A DNA stretch of 64,000 nt from Octopus sinensis (taxonomy: Eukaryota), in assembly GCF_006345805.1 (NCBI RefSeq), contig NC_043010.1, positions 5,146,001-5,210,000 on the forward strand, given 5' to 3'. The notes beneath the pieces were generated by a model that saw only the letters and a program-made list of their open reading frames with translations, was not told where the DNA came from and did not search any database. Position numbers and translations under genes: made by a program. Positions 37,385 through 47,734 of this stretch are shown piece after piece; the stretch's first letter is position 1; every line of letters begins with the position of its first letter.

Positions 37385-39802
37385 TTGGTATGTGCTGTCT
37401 GCTACTGTCTTCAGTTGAAAATCTGAAGTAGCGCCTTCGTAGTTGAAATTTTGGTTAAACTCTGTTTGGGATTCTTTCCTTAGTGATGCCACTTTTGAAC
37501 TCTGACTGCTACAGGGGTGCTTTAGTATAGGTACAGGGACATCATATTCAGGACACATCAGCTCAGTGGCACACTCAGATTGTCTTTTGTCTCCGATGAA
37601 TTCATTATTCGTATCTGTCCTGTAACCGTACTGAACCTCTCTTTGATTCTGTCTTTGAACAATGCAGACTATTATAGAGACTACAATAGCTGTAGATATT
37701 ATCACAGCAGCTATTACGATTATTACTACTAAACTGATATGTATCATATCATCTGACTCAGTGTGTTGAGCTGTGTAAAGCTGAGAAGTGCTGTTGCTGA
37801 CCGTTAGAGTCAGAAATACTGTGGTGGTTGCTGACAATACTGGAGTCCCACTGTCTCTGACCACAAACTGAAGGTCATATGACCCAGCATCATTTTGGTA
37901 AACTGGACGAGAGAAAGACAATACTCCAGTATAAGGATTAATAATGAATAACTGTTTGTGGTTTCCTCCTATTATTTCATATCTGAGGAAAGCATTCACA
38001 TGGCTGTCTCTGTCAGAAGCTCTTAATGTTGTGACGTCATTGTTGCTTTGTGGTTCATAATGGATATCAAGATTGAAAGGGTTAACACTCGGAAATGTAA
38101 AATATGGAGCATTGTCGTTCTCATCCATAACTTCAATAATAACATTAGTGGTATTATTGAGCAACGGAATTCCACTATCTCTCACTAAAGCCTGGAATTC
38201 ATAAATATTCTGCTTTTCGCGGTCCAGTGGCTGCAATGTTGAAATAAATCCAAAATTCGAAATCTTGAAAGGAACAACTTGATTCTTTTTACTGAATAAA
38301 GAATATATCAATTGACCTCCAAGTCCTAGATCAGGATCTGTAGCATTAATGAAACCAACAGGAAAATTTGGCTTTTCATTCTCATAAGTCAGAAATTTGA
38401 ATGTATCTTTAGTGAATTGTGGCTTTTCATCATTGACATCCATCACTTGGATGGAAAATCTGCGTTGTGTTTTCATTGGTGGCGATGCTTTGTCCTTACA
38501 AGTAATGGTAAAATCAATATTGCTTTTTTCTTCTCTATCAATTCTATTCTTAACCAAAATCTTATATTTCTTTCTGCCCAGACTTTGAAGCAGTAATATA
38601 TTATGGTGGAGGCTGCAGCTGACCTCACCATTTGACCCCACATCATTGTCTGTTATTTTCACATAAGCTATAAAACTTCCAACTTCGATGCCTTCAGAAA
38701 TAGTAGCGACATTTCCTCGTGATTCTGAGATAAAGTTCATATCTATAACTGGAGCATTGTTCTTTTCACTGACCAAATTTACAATTACCATAGCAGTGGA
38801 ACTTAATGGAGGATTGCCTCCATCTTTAGCTTCTATCTGAAGAATCTGTACTTGTTTTTGAGCCAAAGATGGTGTTTTAAGTAAGAAAATTTCTCCTGTC
38901 GACTTTTTTAATTCAAAACAAGTTTTGACAATATTTGCTGTTTTTGAACCAAAAAAATATGAAACTTTACCATTTTGCCCCAAATCATTATCTGTTGCTG
39001 ATAGAATTACTATTGGAGTGTCTCTTCTATGTTTAGTACTAACAGACACATTATAAATATTCTGAGAGAAAACAGGTGGATTGTCATTTACATCCGTAAC
39101 ATTTATATGAACATTTAATACACTCTGCATTGGCGGATAGCCTTCATCTATGGCAATGATTTGTACCAAATATTTATCTTTTACTTCTCTGTCCAGTTTC
39201 TTCTCCAACATTATTTCTAATTTTGAAGAACCAAATCTTTTTTTGGTAACTGAAAGTGTAAAAGGTTCATTTGCATATTTCCGTAGCTGATAATTAATTT
39301 GGGAATTAATTGATGCCATATCTTTGTCAATTGCATTTGGAATAGATATTTTTGATCCTTTGCTGTCTCTTTCAGAAAATTTTATGTGAATCTCTTCACT
39401 TGGAAACTCTGGTTTGTTATCATTGATATCTTCAATAAACACTTTTATTTCTATTATTTTTATAAATGACTCCTTTTTCCGAACTGCAACTTCCACCATT
39501 TTGAAGCAATCTGTGTTGTATTTACAAAGAGATTCGGCATCTAATTCTTTAGCAGTGTACAGCGTTCCTGATTTCGAAACGTTAAACAACTCTGAGCCTC
39601 TGTCTGTACCTTGTTTTAATCGACTAAACCAGATTTGCTTTGTCTCTGACCTGGATAAGCTATCTAGGAACTGTGTGCTGTGTGCAATGTCTCCAACTTT
39701 ACTATCTATATTTTGGTTTTCCTTTACTCTGAAGATCACCTCTGCACATATTAATGTGTACAGCAATGAAAAAAGCAGACCTGCTTCTAGAATCTCAATC
39801 AT
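37385..39802 (-). CDS. Protocadherin, large coding exon (signal peptide, EC1-EC6, TM, proximal cytoplasmic tail; 806 codons)
   Basis: Open frame with cadherin motifs DINDNKPEF, LDRE, DVNDNPPVF, IDRE, DVNDEKPQF, LDRE, DENDNAPYF. EC1 has the C-x5-C pair (CKYNTDC). Hydrophobic N-terminus and TM segment ISLVVIIVIAAVIISTAIVVSIIVCIV. Ends at STYQ followed by donor GTAAGT (37384-37379), phase 0. Paralog identity cannot be assigned by eye. Confidence 0.97.
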
Positions 39803-39890
39803 TTTTAATGGAAGTGACAGACAGCATCACAGTAAAATGTCTAAATGAATCCATCAACATTTAACCTGAAATTAATGAAAAATAAGATTT
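39803..39890 (-). promoter_or_regulatory. Splice acceptor and 63-nt 5' UTR portion of the large protocadherin exon
   Basis: Minus strand reads cttatttttcattaatttcAG|gttaaa (AG at 39867-39866), with an in-frame TGA before the ATG at 39802. Implies an upstream non-coding exon that I could not place with confidence. Confidence 0.65.
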
Positions 39891-40664
39891 CAGAATTAAT
39901 TATTTAAACAATTTTCAATAAACATGTCAAAATATGCAACAATAACTCAATCCAAATCTAGACTTTCATCAGAAAACTATAAAGAAAAAAGAAAAAATAG
40001 CTGTAATTTCTATGATTTCCTTCATCAGAAAAAAAAATAAATATCAAGAAAATAATTAAGAATTTCCAATAATGGTAAATTTTCATTTTTTTTTTATAAT
40101 TGAACGTTATTTTTCTTTTTAAAATTTTGAAGTCTAGAATGTTTTGAAGTTAATATATCTCTTGATGCATTTGCATCAATACCTATTGATACATATTGTA
40201 GGATGGGCAACATGTTTGGTCATCTCTGATTTTTAAAATATTCTATAACATTAAAGATGTTGTTGATTATCTAAAAAAATTTTAATGATTATTTTGAGGG
40301 AGCGGCTTTTTAAGTTAGGTACAGGCTGTGGAAAAAGGGCTACAATAGCTCTGCATTATTGTAAAACCTAAATGAATAGAATTAATATCGAATATTGAAT
40401 ATTTGCAGCACAGTTGCAAAACTGTAAAAGCGAAAATACTATTACTTATAGTTCAATTTAATCTATTTAGGATCTTGCTGATTTGACAAGGTAGTTGTGT
40501 GCAAGGGCAGTTCTCATTGTTCACTTCCACTTAGCAATCCCTGATGCAGCTATGTGCCTCTTGACCCTACAAAAAACTGGTGACTCCTCAATGTGTCAAT
40601 GTGCCACTTCTACCTTGTCCATCCGAATGTGAGTACCCTCACTTCCACTGTCAAAAAAAAAATA

Positions 40665-41150
40665 GGCGTAGGCATGACTGTGTGGCAAGAAGTTTGCTTT
40701 GCAATCATGTGGTTCCAGGTTCAGTCCATTGTGTGGCACCTTGGGCAAGTGCCTTCTATTATATCCTTGGGAAAAAACCCAAAGCTTTATGAGTGGATTT
40801 GTTAGATGGAAACTGAAAGAAACTCATCGTAAGTGTGTGAGTGTGTGTGTCTGTGTGTGTGTGTGTGTGTCTGTGTGTGTGTGTGTGTATGTCTGTGTGT
40901 GTGTTTGTGTGTATACCTATGTGTTTGTCTCTGTCTGTATTTGTTCCCCACCATCACAGCTTGAGAACTTGTGTTGGTATGTGTACATCCCTATAACTTA
41001 CTGGTTCAGCAAAAGAGACCAATAAAATAAGTACTAGGCATAAAGAATTAGTCGTGGGTTCAATTTGTTTGACTAAAACCCTTCAAAGTGGTGCCCCAGC
41101 ATGGCTGCAGTCAAATAACTGAAACAAGTAAAAGAAACAAGAATAAAAGT
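40665..41150 (+). mobile_element. SINE family A, older copy
   Basis: Diverged but colinear; tail-to-tail with the copy at 41161. Confidence 0.8.
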
Positions 41151-41160
41151 ATATATTTAT

Positions 41161-41378
41161 ACTCTTACTCTCTTTACTCTTTTACTTGTTTCAGTCAGTT
41201 GACTGCGGCCATACTGGAGCACCGCCTTTAGTCGAGCAAATCGACCCCAGGACTTATTCTTTGTAAGCCCAGTACTTATTCTATCGGTCTCTTTTGCCGA
41301 ACCGCTAAGTAACGGGGACGTAAACACACCAGCATCGGTTGTCAAGCAATGCTAGGGAGACAAACACAGACACACAAG

Positions 41379-41412
<34 letters not shown>

Positions 41413-41583
41413 CATATATACGACAGGCTTCTTTCAGTTTCCGTCTACCAAATCCACTCACAAGGCTTTGGTCGGCCCGAGGCTATAATAGAAGACACTT
41501 GCCCAAGGTGCCATGCAGTGGGACTGAACCCGGAACCATGTAGTTGGTTAGCAAGCTACTTACCACACAGCCACTCCTGTGCC
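41161..41583 (-). mobile_element. SINE family A, full length
   Basis: Near consensus. Confidence 0.9.
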
Positions 41584-42430
41584 ATTATATTTATAAAAAC
41601 AAACAGTTCTCCCACCTATCTTACAATAAATATTTTCGGTAAGTTCAGTTTCTAAGCATAGCTAAAATTTCCAGTATCACTTTCTAGTTTAAATGATAAA
41701 AGATCTGAAGCTCTGAAAAACTGAGATTCCAATTTGAAAACACAAATTTTCTGATCTTGTTTATAAAAATTGATACCTATTATAGAACTACTAAGTAGCT
41801 ATATACATTTAAGAAAAATAAAGATAAAAAATTTTGTCAGATGTTAGATAATCTAACTGATAAGAAAATATCTGTTTTTTTTTTTTTTTTTTCTATAAAG
41901 AAAAAATACATAAAAAACAACTTTTTCTTGTTGATAAAAAAAATAAAAACAAATACTGATATCAAAACAATTCCTATTTACCAAATGTAAATTCTTCCAC
42001 TCTTCAGAAATCAAAATCAGAAATATTAAAACTAATTTCTAGATGAGTTTGTTTATGCATAGAATTGCTTGCATTTTTCTTCTTATTTTTTCTTTTCTTC
42101 TTAGACAAAACTAGACAGGATTATTGATATTGCATCTAAAGAGACAAGAAATTTCTCTCTTTAGCTGGCACCAGCCAACATAATCAATTACCTATAATCT
42201 TGATGTTGCAGAATTCCATGAAATACCGCTAGGAGATATAGATATCTGGTTTTCAGTGGAAATATTTGACAAACTTTAGTGTAAAGCAGATGCTTATTTT
42301 TGTATTATCTTTGTCTATACCCTAATTGATCGATAATGATGTGTGGAAAATATACTGACAGTAATACTGAAAACGCAGTTAGTTGATGATGTGCTAGAAA
42401 TAGCAGTCAAGTCTTTCTTAAATCACACCC

Positions 42431-42617
42431 TCTTTTACTCTTTTACTCTTTTACTTGTTTCAGTCATTTGACTGCGGCCCTGCTAAAGCACCGCCTTTAG
42501 TCGAGCAACTCGACCCTGGGACTTATTCTTTTTGTAAGCCCAGTACTTATTCTATCAGTCTCTTTTTTCCGAACCGCTAAGTGACGGGGATGTAAACACA
42601 CCAGCATCGGTTGTCAA
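42431..42617 (-). mobile_element. SINE family A, 3' half
   Basis: Colinear with the family 3' half. Confidence 0.85.
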
Positions 42618-42629
42618 GATATGGAACCC

Positions 42630-42870
42630 ACAAGTGTGAACAAGAGAGACAGAGCAAGGCAGAAACAAGGAAAATGCCACTTATATTTGAACACTATACA
42701 AATATTCCTTTAAAAAAACATTTCTTTTAATTTTTCTAAATTTAATTATTTAATCGTTACAGTTGAAAAGGTCTCAAAATGACTGAAACCGGTACTGAAA
42801 TGTTCTTTATAAAATTATTTTAGCATTTTCTATTCTGACTTATTTTTTCATATATATCAACTCGTGTGTT
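42630..42870 (+). mobile_element. Solo copy of the Penelope pLTR-like tail with a degenerate hammerhead motif
   Basis: Colinear similarity to 2100-2345. Motif cag-TTGAAAA-ggtc/gact-GAAA-ccgg-TA-ctg at 42760-42797. Confidence 0.6.
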
Positions 42871-43809
42871 CCTTTTCATCCTTATACATATGTATATATA
42901 TATATATATATATATACCTCATGGAGTGATGACCTTGCACTGCATAGTTAGGGGCTGCCCTTTGGCAAGACATAGTGCCTCTTCAGCCAACCTGCCGGGG
43001 ACACTGCAGAGTGGATTGAGAAGAGATAACAGAAATAACAGAAGAGCTCAACTGAACCAACAGCACTATTTACATTGATGTTGAGTGGAGGAATTTTTAA
43101 TCAGTGAATCTGGACTGATACACATTTATTAACCCCTACTACCCTGCTCCGTGCCACACACACACACACATACACTAAAAAAAAGACAAAATTGACATCA
43201 GGTGGATTTGAACTCAGGTTCAAATCCACCTGATGTCAATTTTGTCTTCTTTACAGTGTGTGTTTGACATGGAGCAGAATGGTCGGAGATTAACAAACGT
43301 GTACCAATCCAGATTGGCTGTGATTTCACTTTACTTGCTGAGTTTTCTCAATCACTGCATATATCCAAAGGTCTCGGTCTCTTGTCATTGCCTCTGTGAG
43401 ACCCGACATTCGAAGGTTGTGCTATAGAACTATACCAGTTTATTGTAGATAAATTTTAACAGCAAAATCTTAAATGGACTCCACTAATGGTCACATGAAC
43501 CCCCAAGGGCCAAATAGATCTCCAAAGGTCTTATGGGCCTTAATTGAGAGCCACTGCCTTATGGTATTCTTTTTAGCACTTTGTATTCTAAATTAAAATT
43601 TCACCTTCTATTACTGACTTCCATGTGGCAAAAGGAGCTTTTGGGACATGGTTAACAGTGATTGAGGTCCAATAACAGACAGTTTGACACTTCAGTATCA
43701 CGTCCAGCAATATATATGATTGCAGGCCTTGCATGGAAACAGGAAAATAACAAAGAAAGATAAAAAAAATAAATAAATAAATAAATAAAAACTTGAGAAG
43801 GAGTAAGTT

Positions 43810-44232
43810 CTCTTTTTCTCTTTCTCTTTTCTCTTTTACTTGTTTCAGTCATTTGACTGCGGCCATGTTGGAGCACCGCCTTTAATCGAGCAGCTCGACC
43901 CCGGGACTTATTCTTTTGTAAGCCCAGTACTTATTCTATCAGTCTCTTTTGCTGAACCGCTAACTAACGGGGACATAAACACACCAGCATCGGTTGTCAA
44001 GCAATGCTAGGGGGACAAACACAGATACACAAACACACACATGCATATATATATATATATACATATATACGACAGGCTTCTCTCAGTTTCCGTCTACCAA
44101 ATCCACTCACAAGGCTTTGGTCAACCCGAGGCTATAATAGAAGACACTTTCCCAAGGTGCCATGCAGTGGGACTAAACCTGGAGTCATGTGGTTGGTAAA
44201 CAAGCTACTTACCACACAGCCACTCCTGCGCC
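43810..44232 (-). mobile_element. SINE family A, full length
   Basis: Near consensus. Confidence 0.9.
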
Positions 44233-44493
44233 TTTACACATGTAAAGTTAAATGTTTTATGTTGTTGTTGTTGTTGTCGTTGCTTGGTCCTACAAAAATT
44301 CTGGTCAAGTAGAACTATGATCAAAATGCTCCAACCATGATTATTATGTAGTTGAGGACCACCTGGTCTAGGGTTCAGTCCAACTGGGAGGTACCCTGGG
44401 AATGGTCTTCTACAATAGCCCCAGCCAACCAGAGATTTGCAAGTGAATTAAGCCACCAGAAACTATGCAAAACCATTCATATATATACTTTAT

Positions 44494-44720
44494 TTCAAAG
44501 CAGCAGAAAATTCAACAAAACCTGTTACTCTGAGTTTCACGTTCCCGTTCGTTGGACAGTTTTTGCTAGAAAAAACTGTCCAAAGAACGGGAACATGAAA
44601 CTCAGAGTAACAGGTTTTGTTGAATTTTCTGCTGCTTTGAATTAAAGCATATTACTCTACCCCTGGTATTTGAGTACTCTTTTTTCCACCTTGTTTCACA
44701 TTTATGTGTTTACTCCGGTA
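44494..44720 (+). mobile_element. Foldback element with a degenerate hammerhead in both arms (HH-F)
   Basis: Hairpin 44494-44641. Motif ctgt-CCAA(C/A)GA-acg/cgt-GAAA-ctcagag-TA-acag. Confidence 0.65.
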
Positions 44721-44734
44721 TATATATATATAAA

Positions 44735-45052
44735 GGATCACTCCATCAGTTATGACAATGTAGGTTCCAGCTGATACAATCAATAGATGCTCGTGAAATT
44801 AACGTGCAAGTGGCTGAGCACTCCACAGACACATGTACCCCTAACGTAGTTCTCAGGGATATTCAGCATGACACAAACTGTGACAAGGCCGGCCCTTTGA
44901 AATACAGGTACAACTCATTTTTGCCAGCTGAGTGGACTGGAGCAACATGAAATAAAGTGTCTTGCTCAAGGACACTATGCATCGCCGGGAATTGAACTCC
45001 TGACCTTACGATCATGAGCCTAATGCCCAAACCACTAAGCCACGCACCTTCA
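44735..45052 (-). mobile_element. SINE sharing the family D tail but with a different head and middle
   Basis: 3' part matches ~45895-46080; the middle is ccttgagcaagacactttatttcatgttgctccagtccactcagctggcaaaaatgag. Confidence 0.85.
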
Positions 45053-45174
45053 CGATATATATACATATAGATACAGACATAGATAAATGTATATGTGTGT
45101 GTGTGTGTGTGGTATTTTGGCTTGTATGTATGTGGGCATGTATGTATGTATGCATGTATGTATACCGTGTGTAC

Positions 45175-45365
45175 CATTGGCGATTTTTTTTCCTCTGTCT
45201 TCCCCTCTCTGGATCTTTCCTTCTCCTATGTTTCCAACGAAGAGCTCCGCTCGAAACGTTAAACCCTCCTTCTTTCCTTCTTTCCTGAGTGTCTAATAAT
45301 ACTATATTTGTTCCACGTCCTCGCGTTGTTGTGTTTTTTTGTGCTTTCTTGTTTGGATTAACTTT
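45175..45365 (+). mobile_element. Short element with a degenerate minimal hammerhead (HH-G)
   Basis: gttt-CCAACGA-a-gagc/gctc-GAAA-cg-TT-aaac at 45230-45264. Confidence 0.6.
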
Positions 45366-45699
45366 ATATACATATATGCATGTATGCACATATATGTTCT
45401 CTTTGTTTACAGTCTGCACTGAGCTAAGTGATAGACAACACTGTTTGTTGACATTTCTCAAACAGCAAGTAGCCCAGCAGCTCTGCACTTTCAAAGATAT
45501 ACGGAATAAATATTTCATTACTTGATAAAAAGTAAGAGTTAGCAACATGAAAGACAGCCAGACATAAAACAATGTCTCAATAATATGTATTCATCTAACC
45601 CATGCTAACATGAAAAAATGAATGTAAAATGAATGAAAGGGGATTCAGAATTATTGTACAAATTGTCACGTTTTTTTCTTTTAAGATGGTAATGTATAG

Positions 45700-46087
45700 T
45701 GGAGGCGCAATGGTCCAGTGGTTAGGGCAGCGGACTCGCGGTTATAGGATCGCGGTTTCAATTCCCAGACCGGGCGTTGTGAGTGTTTATTGAGCGAAAA
45801 CACCTAAAGCTCCACGTGGCTCCAGCAGGGGATGGTGGTGATCCCTGCTGTACTCTTTCACCACAACTTTCTCTCACTCTTACTTCCTGTTTCTGTTGTA
45901 CCTGTATTTCAAAGGGCCGGCCTTGTCACTCTCCGTGTCATGCTGAATATCCCCGAGAACTACGTTAAGGGTACACGTGTCTGTGGAGTGCTCAGCCACT
46001 TACACGTTAATTTCACAAGCAGGCTGTTCCGTTGATTCGGATCAACCGGAACCCTCGTCGTCGTAACTGACGGAGTGCTTCTATCAA
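45700..46087 (+). mobile_element. SINE family D, full length with a 12-bp target site duplication
   Basis: tRNA-like head (TGGTCCAGTGG … GGTTTCAATTCCC); TSD ggtaatgtatag at 45688-45699 and 46088-46099. Confidence 0.9.
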
Positions 46088-47312
46088 GGTAATGTATAGC
46101 TTGAAGAAAATTTAGCTGCTTTTTCTAGCATGATGAGTATTTATTGATCCAAGAATGTTTTTGTAATCTACTTTTCCATTCTCCAACTTAATACATTTGG
46201 TGACAATGCTGATTTTTTTACTACCTTTATATATAAAGACATATATATAAGAGAGAAGCTTCTAATAATTTGCTCTACCTGCTAGAAAGAGCAGCCACAT
46301 TCCCCAGAATTTGTATTTGAATATCCTAAAAAGGAAGGACACATTACATAGTGTAATACTAGATAGATATATCATGTCTGAAAATAAGGAGATATGGGCA
46401 TGGGAGGAAAGGTATTGATTATATATGAGCTTAAGCAGAGTAGAGCTGATGCTAAACAATAATAACAAATGGATTTGTCAAAGAAATCAATATTTCAAAT
46501 GAGTTACTTGTGAAATAAAAATATTATTTCAAGTGCCATTTATTTCAAATTTATTAGAAAAAAAAATGTAAAACCCACAACATTTCAAATATTTTATTTT
46601 GTCAAAAAATATGTTTCATCCTTTAAATACAGCTGGTTATTTGATTGACTGGCCAATTGATAATTCATCAAATACAAGCAATACATGTGTTTAATATTAG
46701 CTGTTTGTTGTATAGTTGGCATGGCATCCACTCAGGAACTAAATGTGTAATTGATACTGGATTATTGAGAATTGTAGAGGAGGAGAAATAGTGGAGTGTT
46801 TTATGGTATTTTATGAAAGTCTTTATGTCCTAAATTTTAATCCTAGTCTGGTTGATTTAACTGATTGGCTCTCTCTAGGGTTGTTAAAATATATATTAGT
46901 ATATATTCATCTATCAGTGTGACAGACAGTGCTCTGAGCTGACAATAGTGTTTTTACCCTTTTTTGTCTTAAGTAAGAATTTTTCTCCCCAACAAACTGC
47001 AGTTTTGAATTGGTCAGAAGATTGTATTCAATTGTCATTGCTTCATGTACCTCCTCACATATATGTTCACTGACACTATCGACTGATCTGTCCAGGTTAG
47101 GCATCCCTCCACTATCAATGGTGTTGCTGTTCCTGCTGCCTAGTGCACGGTTGAATGCACCCATCCATATCTAAGAATTGGGTTCATTACAGGTACGACC
47201 TGGCTTCTCTGTCATGCTAGTGTAGATCAAATTGGGAAGCTGGGGGAGACTTCAAATTATGACACTCCACTATGGCACTGCATGTGGCAGTATGCCATTC
47301 ATATCCAGTTTT

Positions 47313-47734
47313 AGGTGTAGGAGTGGCTGTGTGGTAAGTAGCTTGCTTACCAACCACATGGTTTCGGGTTCAGTCCCATTGCATGGCACCTTGGACAAGT
47401 GTCTTCTACTATAGCCTCAGGCCGACCAAAGCCTTGTGAGTGGATTAGGTAGATGGAAACTGAAAGAAGCCTATTGTATATATGTATATATATGTATATG
47501 TATGTGTATGTGTATGTTTGTGTCTGTGTTTGTGCCCCCAACATCGTTTTGACAACCGATGCTGGCGTGTTTACGTCCCCATAACTTAGCAGTTTGGCAA
47601 AAAGAAACCGATAGAATGAGTACTAGGCTTACAAAGAATATGTCCTGGGTTTCGATTTGCTTGACTAAAGGTGGTGCTCCAGCATGGCCACAGTCAAATG
47701 ACTAAAACAAGTAAAAGAGTAAAAGAGTAAAGAG
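47313..47734 (+). mobile_element. SINE family A, full length
   Basis: Colinear with the family consensus. Confidence 0.9.

Noticed and set aside
38397-39848. Plus-strand ORFs of 63 and 144 aa
   Set aside because: Antisense shadows of the protocadherin exon.
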